In this document: positions 7,456 through 21,926 of the stretch, in pieces
How the letters are laid out: the number at the start of each line of letters is the position of its first letter
Numbering within the stretch: the stretch's first letter is position 1
From: Thermoprotei archaeon
GTDB taxonomy: Archaea; Thermoproteota; Thermoprotei_A; Sulfolobales; Ignisphaeraceae
Length of the DNA: 27,166 nt
Assembly (NCBI GenBank): GCA_003661905.1
Contig: QMXA01000001.1
Location: 1-27,166 of the forward strand
Reading direction: 5' to 3'
Notes under the pieces: model-generated
Seen by the model: the letters and a program-made list of their open reading frames with translations, nothing else
What the model was told of the DNA's origin: nothing
Database searches by the model: none
Made by a program: the position numbers and the translations under genes

Positions 7456-10400
7456 AGTACTAGTACTAGGCTCAGGCGCCATCAAGATAGCAGAGGCAGC
7501 GGAGTTTGACTATAGTGGAAGTCAAGCGTTGAAAGCTCTCAAGGAAGAAGGAATTGAAACTATACTTATAAATCCCAATGTGGCAACAATACAAACTAGC
7601 CATGAATTAGCTGACAAAGTATATCTCGTACCCCTTAAACTAGAGTTCGTATCAAAGGTGGTAGAGAAGGAGAGACCTGATGGAATTCTCCTAGGCTTTG
7701 GCGGACAAACAGCTCTTTCTCTAGGAGTAGCTCTCTATAGACATGGTATTCTCAGTGAATACAGTGTTAAGGTACTAGGAACACCCATCGAAGGAATTGA
7801 GAAAGCACTTAATAGAGATTTATTTAGAAGAACTATGAAAGAATGGAAACTACCAGTACCTCCTAGTTTACCCGCCACAACACCTGAAGAAGCAATAAGA
7901 GCTGCTGAGAAGCTTGGATATCCCGTTATGGTGAGAATAAGCTTCAATTTAGGAGGTCGAGGATCCTTCATTGCATGGAGAAGAGAGGAGTTCGAAAAAT
8001 ACATTCTCAGAGCTTTTGCACATAGCGAAATAAAATTAGTGCTAATAGAAAGGTGCCTCCACAATTGGAAAGAGGTAGAGTTTGAGGTTGTTAGAGATAG
8101 TAGAGGAAATTCCGTGGCCATTGCATGTTTAGAGAATGCAGATTCGATGGGAGTACATACTGGTGAATCAGTGGTTATCGCTCCCTGTCAAACCTTAACC
8201 AATAGAGAATACCAATTACTTCGACTAGCTAGTCTCAAAGTTGCTGAAGCTATAGGTTTAATAGGCGAATGTAATGTCCAGCTAGCATTAGATCCGCATT
8301 CTGAGATATTCTACATTATAGAGACCAATCCTAGAATGTCCAGAAGTAGCGCTCTAGCTAGTAAGGCAACAGGATATCCACTTGCGTACATAGCTACTAA
8401 ACTAGCTCTTGGATATACGCTAGATGAGATATTAAATAAAGTAACGGGTGTAACTTGTGCATGTTTTGAACCTAGCCTCGACTACGTCGTAGTAAAAATA
8501 CCTAGGTGGGACCTTGAAAAATTTGAAAAAATTGAAAGAACGATTACAACCGAGATGAAAAGCATCGGAGAAGTAATGGCGATGGGTAGAAATCTCCATG
8601 AGGCATTTCAAAAAGCAATTAGGATGTTAGATATAGGTGAACCAGGCTTAGTAGCAGGCTCATACTATGAGAAGGAGGATAGTCTCGAAGACATACTTGA
8701 GAGATTAAGAAGGAAAGAACCTTATTGGCCTCTACATGTAGCTAAAGCTCTTAAGCTAGGCGCAGATATAGAGACAATACATGAGATAACAGGTATTGAC
8801 AAATTCTATCTATACATAATTAACGATATTGTTAAAATAGCTGAAGAATTAAGAAAAAGAAGTCTAAATGATGCTGACCTCTACCCATTAATTGTAGAAG
8901 CCAAGGAGAAAGGATTTAGCGATGAGCAAATTGCTAGACTTCTTAATACATCTCTTAATGAAATTAGAAAGTATAGAATTAGCAAAGGAATAAAGCCATA
9001 TGTTAAACAAATAGATACATTAGCTGCCGAATGGCCTGCAAGAACGAATTACCTATACATGACATATGCGGGGTTAGAGCACGATACTTTTCAGGGATCT
9101 AGAAAGAAGCCACGCGTAATTGTATTGGGTGCTGGCGTATTTAGAATTGGTGTTTCAGTGGAGTTTGATTGGACAGCTGTTAATTTTGCAAATGCGGTAA
9201 GAAGAAGAGGATTTGAAGTTATAGTAGTGAATTACAATCCCGAAACTGTATCTACAGATTGGGATATGAATGAGAAGCTTTACTTTGAAGAAATAACTCT
9301 TGAACGCATACTTGACATAACCGATCATGAAAAGCCGATAGGTGTTGTTATTTTCACAGGTGGTCAACTTGCTAATAATTTAGCTAAAAAGCTAGAGGAC
9401 TTTGGTGTAAAGCTTCTAGGAAGTTCAGGGTCTAGCATTGATGAAGCTGAAAATAGAGCTAAATTCTCGAAGCTAATTGAAAAACTAGGACTTAAACAAC
9501 CACCATGGATTGAAGCTTCAAGCATTAAAGAAGTCTTGATGTTTGCAAATGAAGTAGGTTATCCAGTGATTGTTAGACCTAGTTATGTGCTTAGCGGAAC
9601 AGCTATGAAGATCGCATATAATACTGAAGAGTTATTGCACTACTTAACACTGGCAGCAAAGGTATCTACAGAATACCCGGTAGTAGTTTCAAAATTCATA
9701 GATAATGCTATAGAAGCTGAAGTAGATGCAGTATCTGATGGTAAACGAGTTATTGGAATAACCATAGAGCATATTGAAAGAGCAGGAGTTCATAGCGGTG
9801 ACGCAACTATGGTTACACCACCTAGAAGATTGAGTAATGAAGCTATTCATAAAATGCATGAAGCTATGCTTAGATTAGCGCTAGAACTTGATATAAAGGG
9901 TCCTTTCAATGTGCAATTCATAGTTAAGAATGGAAATGTTTACTTAGTTGAACTCAATCTAAGAGCTAGTAGATCCATGCCTTTTTCAAGTAAATCAAGA
10001 GGTGTAAATCTCATGGAACTAGCTGCTCAAGCAGTATTTGATAAAGAATTGAAGATCGGAGAGAAATATAAATACTTTGAAATACCAGCAAAAGCTTGGG
10101 CTGTTAAAACTCCACAGTTTTCATGGGCTCAATTGCGTGGTTCCTATCCATTCCTTGGTCCTGAGATGAGGAGTACAGGAGAGGTTGCTTGTCTAGGTTT
10201 TACCTATGAAGATGCATTATTGAAGAGCTGGTTATCAGCAACACCAAACACCATACCACCTCGTGGCTCAAATATTCTTATATATACATGTAAGAAGTCT
10301 GATGAACAAATACTAAATGAAGCACATCATTTTCTAAAAAGATCAGGGTATAACGTAATAACACTAAAGGAAGTACCGGTTAATAATAATATTGAAGCAA

Positions 10401-10651
10401 TTCCCAAAACACTAGCTATTGAGTATATGAAAAAGGGAAGGATATCACTTGTTATGACCTCTGGCTATGGACCTTCATTAGATTACCATATAAGAAGAAC
10501 TGCAGCAGACTTAAACATACCTCTGGTTCTTGATGCAACTTTAGCTTATGAGCTCTCTCATACAATTTTGAAACATTCTAGGAAGGGTGGGTGGAGTTTT
10601 GAAGTTAATGAGCTTTCTGAATATTGGATCTACTCCAGTAAATACGAATAG
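7391..10651 (+). CDS. carB: Carbamoyl-phosphate synthase large subunit
   Basis: Two ATP-grasp halves, an oligomerisation domain and an MGS-like C-terminal domain. Likely true start ATG 7439 ([30 protein letters not shown]), overlapping the carA stop. Confidence 0.92.
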   Translation: [1086 protein letters not shown]

Positions 10652-11037
10652 CAAGATACCTTCATTGATCATAGGAACAATGGAGAAACGAAGCTTTATT
10701 ATCTTTACCGAAAATATATTAGAAATCCTGGTCCAAAATTAGTTCCGTATTTCAAATCAATAGTGTGTTCTTGAGAGGCACTGGTTATTTCAATTTATGG
10801 TGAATTCAAAAAGCAATATGAAATATAGTATTTAATGTGTTACACATAAATACCATCAGAACTTCAAGTGAATTGAAGGAATATCTAGGTTCATAAAATC
10901 TATGAATATACATAGATCAATCGTTTTTCAGGTAATAAGCTAAGAATGATAAGAATTATTTAATAGAGTTATTATTGGTAATTAGGTCAAAACTAAAGTA
11001 AAATGTTAGAGTAATAAACCTCGCTAAGGCGTTTAAA

Positions 11038-12267
11038 GTGCTGAATGCTTTAGGTAATATATTAGCATTGATAATAAGTTTTGCAATCTTAGGTATTTTT
11101 CTATACCTAAAAATTCATATAGGTATTGTATTAGTGGCTACGTCCATAATCATGACCTTCATTTCCCTAGGACCATTATCAGTGCCCGACATAATTCTAC
11201 GTACTGCATGTGATGGAAATACTATTAGGTTAGTGATAATCACATCTCTAATTATGATATTAATTTCGATATATAAAGAAACTGGGTATATTGATAGACT
11301 CAGTAAGAGCCTCAGGAAAATACTTAAGAAATCATCCCTATCCCTAATGATCATACCAGCAGTTCTGGGTCTACTTCCAGTTGCTGGAGGTGCTTTAATG
11401 TCAGCTCCTCTAGTTGATATAGAAGGAGATAGACTGAAACTTAGTGCTTCTGAAAAAGTTTTTATAAATATATGGTTTAGACATTTAGTATTCCTTATTT
11501 ATCCACTAAGTCAAGTACTCATTCTCATAGCAACACTTTCTGGTGTAAGTATTTGGAGCATAATAATAAGACAAATGCCTGTCATGATATTCATGCTCGT
11601 TTTAGGATTTGCAATAAGCTTTATCAGAAGGAGTGAATTAAGGCATGATACAAGCCATGAATCCTATCTTGGTAATAAGCATGCTTATTACCAACTATAT
11701 ATCGAGCTTCTCAAAACAATTCTGCCTATCATTATCCCAGTGTTAATATCTATCTTGGTAGAGTTAGATCTTTCAATCTCAATTTTGGTGGGTATTATCA
11801 TTCTTATAATTCTCTCTAGGCCTCGATACATAGTATTTAAGCATATTTTAAAGGATAGTAAATTATACCTCATAATATTGGCAGCTTTCGGAGCTATGTT
11901 ATTAAGAAACACCATTATTCACACAGGTATTCAGAATTTCATTGCCTCATCTATAATTAGAATACACATACCATTCACACTACTAATGATTTTGCTACCC
12001 ATGATACTAGCTATATTAACGGGGATGACATATAGTAGTTTGGCTATTTCAATACCTATATTGCAAACTATTAGTGATTTCACAGTTAAAGAAGCTAGTT
12101 TAGCCTACATCTCTGCTTTTATTGGATATCTAGGAGCTCCTACTCATTTATGTTTAATTCTATCTCTAAATTACTTCAGATCGTCATTATTCATGGCCTA
12201 TAAGTATTTGCTACCCGCTAATGTAGCAACACTAGTGTTTGCAGTACTGTTATATCTTGTGTGGTAA
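11038..12267 (+). CDS. Polytopic membrane protein, putative permease (ion-transporter superfamily-like, possibly DUF401/COG1906)
   Basis: 409 aa, about 10 to 12 hydrophobic helices with a two-repeat architecture and short reentrant-like Gly-rich segments. The family assignment is tentative. GTG start. Confidence 0.5.
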   Translation: MLNALGNILALIISFAILGIFLYLKIHIGIVLVATSIIMTFISLGPLSVPDIILRTACDGNTIRLVIITSLIMILISIYKETGYIDRLSKSLRKILKKSSLSLMIIPAVLGLLPVAGGALMSAPLVDIEGDRLKLSASEKVFINIWFRHLVFLIYPLSQVLILIATLSGVSIWSIIIRQMPVMIFMLVLGFAISFIRRSELRHDTSHESYLGNKHAYYQLYIELLKTILPIIIPVLISILVELDLSISILVGIIILIILSRPRYIVFKHILKDSKLYLIILAAFGAMLLRNTIIHTGIQNFIASSIIRIHIPFTLLMILLPMILAILTGMTYSSLAISIPILQTISDFTVKEASLAYISAFIGYLGAPTHLCLILSLNYFRSSLFMAYKYLLPANVATLVFAVLLYLVW

Positions 12268-12331
12268 CCATGAATATTCATATCGTAGTTAGTTTATTTG
12301 ATGATGGTATGAGAAAATACGGTGCTAGCTC

Positions 12332-13189
12332 TTGAATGTTAATAAATTGCTACTCTTAATTCTAGCAGTATTTGCAGTCTCTTGGGCTTCTATATTCGTT
12401 AGACTGAGTAATGCCCCGGCTACTATTTGTGCTTTTTGGAGAGTTCTCATATCATCACTACTAATTCTCTTACTTGGACATTCTATGTTTTTAGAAGAAT
12501 TGAAATCTATTAGCATTAAAGATCTCGGCTACTTAGCCTTTTCAGGAACAGCACTTGCACTTCACTTTGCTCTATGGATGAAGTCTTTATTTCATACATC
12601 AATAGCTATAAGTACAACAATAGTGAGTTCACATCCTATATTCGCATCTCTATTTATATTCGCATTCATCAGAGAGAAGCCTTTAAGGATACAGATACTG
12701 GGCTTAATTCTGGCTATTATAGGAATTAATATACTCTCATTTAGCGGAGAAATATACTTCAGCAATATATTAGGGCCTCTATTAGCTTTAGCTGGTGCTA
12801 TTTGTGCAGGAGCTTATTTTGCAATAGGTAGAGTGCTTCGCCAGAGAATATCCCTAGTAACTTATGCATCTATAGTATATTTAGTAGCTGCAATAGTTTT
12901 ATTTATGATCAACATTATATATCATATACCTTTAATGTCTTACCCTTTACATTCTTGGATATTCTTCTTACTCTTAGCCCTGGTACCAATGATGCTTGGA
13001 CATACAGTACTTAATTATCTTCTAAAATATTCAAAGACCATTACAATTACCTCAGTAACTCTTGGAGAGCCCATTGGTGCAACATTACTTGCATTATTAC
13101 TACTTAATGAAGCGCCTGCTACCATGACATATCTCGGTATGGTAATCACATTGATTGGAATAGCTATAGTTCTTCTATATGAGAAATAA
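12332..13189 (+). CDS. EamA/DMT-superfamily transporter (10-TM drug/metabolite exporter type)
   Basis: 285 aa, two 5-TM EamA-like halves and a typical hydrophobic profile. Confidence 0.7.
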   Translation: MNVNKLLLLILAVFAVSWASIFVRLSNAPATICAFWRVLISSLLILLLGHSMFLEELKSISIKDLGYLAFSGTALALHFALWMKSLFHTSIAISTTIVSSHPIFASLFIFAFIREKPLRIQILGLILAIIGINILSFSGEIYFSNILGPLLALAGAICAGAYFAIGRVLRQRISLVTYASIVYLVAAIVLFMINIIYHIPLMSYPLHSWIFFLLLALVPMMLGHTVLNYLLKYSKTITITSVTLGEPIGATLLALLLLNEAPATMTYLGMVITLIGIAIVLLYEK

Positions 13190-13202
13190 GAAATTGTTTA
13201 AT

Positions 13203-13499
13203 TTAAGGAGTTCTAGCTGAAAGAGCTATACCGCATGCAAGTTCTATTGCATTCTTTATTTCAGTAACTGAGCTTAATGATGAGAATTCAGCTATGATTC
13301 TTCCACATGCAGATACTATAAGTCTACTTCTCTTAAGCCTAGGTCTTCTAATTCTTATGAATGATGCTTCAGATCCATAAATCCTAGCTAATACTTTAAA
13401 TATCTTCTCAAGTTCCTTTCCATAGTCATCCTTAGGTGTATAGTACAATATTACAAGTACTCCCTCAAAATCATCATCAGAATTATCAGTACGAGACAC
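13203..13499 (-). CDS. Hypothetical small protein (alpha/beta, thioredoxin-fold-like but lacking CxxC)
   Basis: 98-aa ORF with a GTG start and no recognisable catalytic motif. Coding-like composition. Confidence 0.4.
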   Translation of the reverse strand: MSRTDNSDDDFEGVLVILYYTPKDDYGKELEKIFKVLARIYGSEASFIRIRRPRLKRSRLIVSACGRIIAEFSSLSSVTEIKNAIELACGIALSARTP

Positions 13500-13652
13500 T
13501 TACATCACCATGTTAGGGCGGGCATTGTGAGAAATTAAAGTTTCTGTAAATAATCCCAAGTAGTAGGTTTAATACCCTGATAATCATTGTGAGAAGGAAA
13601 AAGATATATAAAATATCCATGGAGATAAGAGCAACACAATTGGTGAGTATGT

Positions 13653-14165
13653 ATGAGTAGTGAAGTAGCAACACTTCATACATATCCAGTTTATTCAGTG
13701 CCAAAGAAAGGTACTCTATACATACATGCATTAGCTCATTACATAGTATCACAGGTAAAGTCAATAACCACCTTAATAGATGTAGGAGTGACTCCCATAA
13801 ATGAATTGTTAGAACTAAAAATGCTACTACTCGATATTGCTAGTAGTGCTAAGTTATATAGATACATAAAGGGATTAGCACCAGAATTAAGCAATGCTAT
13901 GGGTAGAGATCTCATAAAGGCTTCAACACTTATTAGTAGGAACTACTTAACACAAGTGCTAGTTAAGGCATTCAAAGCTCTGCAAAAGAACCAAGTAGAA
14001 GAACTTAAGGATGCGATTATGGATCTAGCTACAGTCCTTGACTTAAATTTTGAAAAAGCACCAACAGCTACGAAGATATTATCAAAAGAAAATATTTGTG
14101 AAGTTTCATCACTACTAGCACTACTAATAGCACTAAGTATGAGAATTGAGGGGAAAGGAGCCTAG
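13653..14165 (+). CDS. Hypothetical all-helical protein
   Basis: 170-aa ORF. ATG is preceded at 8 nt by GGTGAG (Shine-Dalgarno-like). No family recognised. Confidence 0.5.
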   Translation: MSSEVATLHTYPVYSVPKKGTLYIHALAHYIVSQVKSITTLIDVGVTPINELLELKMLLLDIASSAKLYRYIKGLAPELSNAMGRDLIKASTLISRNYLTQVLVKAFKALQKNQVEELKDAIMDLATVLDLNFEKAPTATKILSKENICEVSSLLALLIALSMRIEGKGA

Positions 14166-14180
14166 AATAGAAAGGTTTTG

Positions 14181-14257
14181 TGGCGGGCCCGCCGGGATTT
14201 GAACCCGGGACCTACGGGTTAAAAGCCCGCCGCTCTACCAGGCTGAGCTACGGGCCC
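14181..14257 (-). tRNA. tRNA-Lys (anticodon UUU), CCA encoded
   Basis: The reverse complement folds as GGGCCCG-TA-GCTC-AGCCTGGT-AGAGC-G-GCGGG-CUUUUAA-CCCGU-AGGTC-CCGGG-TTCAAAT-CCCGG-CGGGCCC-G-CCA. Confidence 0.9.
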
Positions 14258-14342
14258 TCGTAGAGAATCAACATTAGGAAGGTTAATAAGTTTGGTTCAA
14301 AGCTTTGATAAGTGGGCTGAAGATTAGAAATCCTTTTTACGG

Positions 14343-14647
14343 GTGTTAGAGTGCAATTGTGCTAGACACTGCAGTAGTAATATATTAGGGTATCTAACTA
14401 TGGCACCTAAGAAACTAACTAAAGTTATTCTTAAGCATGAACTTGTACCTAAGCATGAAATCGCTAAACCAGAAGAAGTAGCTGAGATACTTCGAAAGTA
14501 CGGTATAAAGCCTGAACAACTTCCATGGATAAAAGCATCAGATCCAATAATAAGAGCAATAGGAGCTAAACCAGGTGATGTTATAAAAATTACTAGGAAA
14601 AGCCCAACCGCTGGTGAGGTAATAGTGTATAGATATGTAGTTCCAGG

Positions 14648-14651
<4 letters not shown>
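14343..14651 (+). CDS. rpoH: DNA-directed RNA polymerase subunit H (Rpb5 homologue)
   Basis: HELVPKHEI…PWIKASDPI…[10 protein letters not shown]. The real start is almost certainly ATG 14400 (MAPKKLTKV…); the upstream part of the track ORF overlaps a TATA-like taatatatta. Confidence 0.9.
14376..14387 (+). promoter_or_regulatory. Candidate TATA box for a leaderless rpoH operon transcript
   Basis: agtaatatatta lies about 20 nt upstream of the rpoH ATG at 14400, a typical Sulfolobales leaderless arrangement. Confidence 0.35.
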
Positions 14652-18060
<3,409 letters not shown>

Positions 18061-18064
<4 letters not shown>

Positions 18065-20724
18065 TATTCATGAGTGAACCAAGTAAGATAATTAAAGCAA
18101 TAAAGTTTGGGATTTTATCTCCAGATGAAATTAGAAAAATATCAGTTACAGCAATAGTAACTGCTGAGACATATAGTGAGGATGGAACACCCATTGAAGG
18201 CTCGATAATGGATCCAAAACTAGGTGTTATTGAACCTGGTAAACGCTGTCCTATATGTGGAAATACCATGGGGAATTGCCCTGGTCATTTTGGCCATATA
18301 GAACTTGCCCTCCCAGTAGTACATCCAGAATTTGCAAAACACATATATGATTTACTAAGAGCCACATGTAGACATTGTGGCAGAATAAGAATTCCTCAGG
18401 AAGATATTATTAGATACCGTAGATACTTGGAGAGCTTAAAGAAACGATGGCCTATGTTAGCTACGAGATTTTCTGAGTACATAAAGCGTAAAGCAATGAA
18501 GGCTACAATGTGTCCTCACTGTGGTGAGAAGCAGTACAGAGTAAAGTTCGAAAAACCAGCTACGTTCTATGAAATTTTAGAAGAGAGAAAGGAAGGAATG
18601 ATAAAGCTAAATCCAGTAATGATTAGATCAAGACTTGAAAAAATACCTGATGAAGATTTAAAGCTCATGGGACATGACCCATCAGATGCTAGACCTGAGT
18701 GGATGGTTATAACAGTCTTACCTGTACCACCGCTATCTGTTAGACCCTCCATATTCTTAGAAACAGGAGTTAGATCTGAAGATGATCTCTCACACAAACT
18801 TGTCGATATTGTAAGAACTAATGAGAGACTAAGAGAGAACTTATCTGCAGGAGCTCCTCAAATAATTATTGAAGATTTATGGGAACTTCTCCAATATCAT
18901 GTAGCAACATATATAAATAATGAAATACCTGGTGTTCCACCAGCTAAACACAGATCAGGCAGACCCCTTAAAACCTTAGCTCAAAGACTTAAAGGAAAGG
19001 AAGGTAGATTTAGGGGGCATTTATCAGGTAAAAGAGTAGATTTCTCAGCACGCACAGTCATTAGCCCTGATCCCTATCTGAGCATTAATGAAGTCGGCGT
19101 ACCTGTTGAAATAGCAAAGATATTAACAGTGCCAGAGAAAGTAACTGAATGGAATCTTGAAGAACTCAAGAGATATGTATTGAATGGACCTGAAAAATGG
19201 CCTGGGGCCAATTACGTTATTGCACCCGATGGTAGAAGAATTGACTTGAGATTTGTAGATACAAAGTCAATAGCTGAAAACCTAGCTCCGGGATGGATAG
19301 TTGAAAGACATCTAAGAGATGGCGATATAGTCTTATTCAATAGACAGCCTTCGTTACATAGAATGTCTATGATGGCTCATACAGTTAGAGTATTGCCAGG
19401 TAAGACATTTAGGCTTCATTTAGCAGTATGTCCACCATACAATGCAGATTTTGATGGAGATGAAATGAATCTACATGTTCCTCAGAATGAAGAAGCAAGA
19501 GCTGAAGCGAAGATATTGATGATAGTTCAAGAACACATACTATCACCAAGATATGGAGGTCCAATAATAGGTGCAATTCAAGACTACATAAGCGGTGCAT
19601 ACGTTCTTACGAGTAAAGCTACTCTCCTAACTAAAGAAGAAGTATCTGAAATATTAGCAGCAGCTAGATACATCGGAGAAATACCTGAGCCAGCAATACT
19701 ATCACCGCAAAAGTTATGGACCGGCAAACAGCTTGTAAGTTTATTCCTACCCAAGGACTTTAACTTCAGAGGTAAAGCTAAGGTTTCGGCAGGATATCTA
19801 AAATGTGAGAATGAAGAGTGTTTCTGGGATTCATATATCATTGTTAAGAAAGGTAAGTTACTACTAGGAGTACTTGATAAGAAAGTAATAGGTGCTCAGG
19901 AAACAGAGACATTACTACACTGGTTAGTTAAGGAGCATGGAACGGAGTTTGGAAGAGAGTTCATGGATAAGGTATTCAGAATGTTTGTAAGACTTTTAGA
20001 AATAAAAGGCTTCACTATGACTTACGATGATGTAGTTATACCGAGAGAAGCTGAGAAAGAAATCGAGGTAATACTTCAAGAAGCATATAGAAAAGTCCAA
20101 GAACTTATAGAGCAATATCGAAGAGGAGAACTAGAGCCAATTCCTGGACGAACACCTGAAGAAACTTTAGAATTGAGAATTATGGAGGTACTAGCTGAAG
20201 CCCGAGACACAGCAGGAGAAGCAGCAGCTAAATACTTAGATCCATTTAACCATGCATTTGTTATGGCAAGAACAGGTGCTAGGGGCAGTTCGCTTAACTT
20301 GACCCAAATGGCAGCAGTTCTTGGTCAGCAATCAGTCCGTGGAGAGAGAATTCAAAGAGGATATACGACAAGAACTCTTCCTCACTTCAAACCAGGTGAT
20401 GTAGGGCCCTTCGCTAGAGGATTCGTAGCTAGCAGCTTCAGGAAGGGATTGAATCCTATAGAAATGTTCTTCCATGCAGCTGGAGGAAGAGAGGGATTAG
20501 TCGATACAGCAATTAGAACCTCACAAAGTGGCTACATGCAGAGAAGATTAATAAACGCTCTCCAAGATCTATATGTAGAATATGATGGAACCGTCAGAGC
20601 TTCGGATGGATCTATAGTACAATTCAAATATGGTGAAGATGGAATAGACCCAGCTAGGAGCTCACATGGAAAAGCAATAAATGTTAAAAGGCTTATTGAG
20701 AGGGTAGCGGGATGGAGACTGTAA
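18061..20724 (+). CDS. rpoA1: DNA-directed RNA polymerase subunit A' (A1)
   Basis: [23 protein letters not shown]…, Zn-binding CPICGN…CPGHFGH, and [10 protein letters not shown] active site. Likely start ATG 18070. Confidence 0.95.
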
Positions 20725-21926
20725 AGTACGTATCAGAGAAGGAACTCAAAGAAATACTGAAAGAAGCTGAGAAGATACTACCTCCAAGACTAATTAATGA
20801 ACTCTATGAAGAGCTTAAAGAGCAAGCATTAACACGTGAAGAAGTTAAGAAAATAGTTGATTTAGCTATAAGTGAGTACTCATCATCACTAATAGAGCCA
20901 GGAGAAGCTGTGGGAACTGTAGCTGCTCAGAGTATCGGAGAGCCAAGCACTCAAATGACATTAAGAACTTTCCACTATGCAGGAGTTAGAGAGCTTAACG
21001 TAACTCTAGGTCTACCACGCCTAATAGAGCTTGTTGATGCAAGGAAAACTCCATCAACTCCTCTAATGACTGTTTATCTAAGGGAGGGTTATAAGAATAG
21101 CAAAGAGAAAGCTACAGAAATAGCTAGAAGAATAGAGTTCACTAAAGTAGAGAATGTAGTAAAAAGAGTAATTATTGATATCATAAGCTTTAGTATAATT
21201 CTTGAACTCGACCCTGAGATGTTGCATGACAAAAATATTACAAGAGACCATGTTATAAAGTCACTAAGCAGGCTTAAGAGTTTAAAAGCAAATATAGTTC
21301 CGGATCCTGAAGACCCGTATAAAATAACTATAGAAGTTCCATTTGAGAAAGAACCTGATTATGCAAAATTATTTAAGCTTAGAGATAGAATTCTAAATAC
21401 CAAAATCAAAGGGATAAAGGGTATTAAGAGAGTTATTGTTCAGTGGCGTAATGGAGAATATGTATTGGTATGTGATGGATCTAATTTAGTAGCTGTAATG
21501 AGAATTCCTGGTGTAGATCCTACAAGAACCATAAGTAATAATGTGAAGGAGGTTGAAGAAGTACTTGGAATTGAAGCTGCTAGACAATTACTTATAAAAG
21601 AGATGATGAATGTATTAGAGGAGCAGGGATTAGATGTTGATATAAGGCATGTAATGTTAGTAGCTGATATAATGACAAGAACAGGTATAGTAAAACAAGT
21701 AGGCAGACATGGTGTAGCTGGTGAAAAGCCAAGTGTACTTGCGAGAGCTGCTTTTGAAGTCACTGTTAAGCAATTAATTGATGCTGCAGCTAGGGGTGAG
21801 GTTGATGAATTAAGAGGTGTAGCAGAGAATGTTATAGTAGGTCAATACATACCTCTCGGAACTAGTAGAGTAAAACTGCTTATGAAACTACATATACCAA
21901 CGAGAACTAAGGGTGAAGAGAGATGA
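20712..21926 (+). CDS. rpoA2: DNA-directed RNA polymerase subunit A'' (A2)
   Basis: Trigger-loop-containing C-terminal portion of the largest subunit. 13-nt overlap with rpoA1. Confidence 0.92.
   Translation: METVKYVSEKELKEILKEAEKILPPRLINELYEELKEQALTREEVKKIVDLAISEYSSSLIEPGEAVGTVAAQSIGEPSTQMTLRTFHYAGVRELNVTLGLPRLIELVDARKTPSTPLMTVYLREGYKNSKEKATEIARRIEFTKVENVVKRVIIDIISFSIILELDPEMLHDKNITRDHVIKSLSRLKSLKANIVPDPEDPYKITIEVPFEKEPDYAKLFKLRDRILNTKIKGIKGIKRVIVQWRNGEYVLVCDGSNLVAVMRIPGVDPTRTISNNVKEVEEVLGIEAARQLLIKEMMNVLEEQGLDVDIRHVMLVADIMTRTGIVKQVGRHGVAGEKPSVLARAAFEVTVKQLIDAAARGEVDELRGVAENVIVGQYIPLGTSRVKLLMKLHIPTRTKGEER

Noticed and set aside
10652-11037. 385-bp AT-rich spacer between carB and the permease gene, with a small inverted repeat CTTCAAGTGAATTGAAG near 10864
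   Set aside because: The 6-bp stem is within chance expectation for AT-rich DNA. There is no ORF or RNA-gene signature. Probably just the promoter region.
12297-12331. Possible C/D-box sRNA (TGATGA at 12300) in the spacer between the two transporter genes
   Set aside because: I found no matching D box (CTGA) at the expected distance and no terminal stem.
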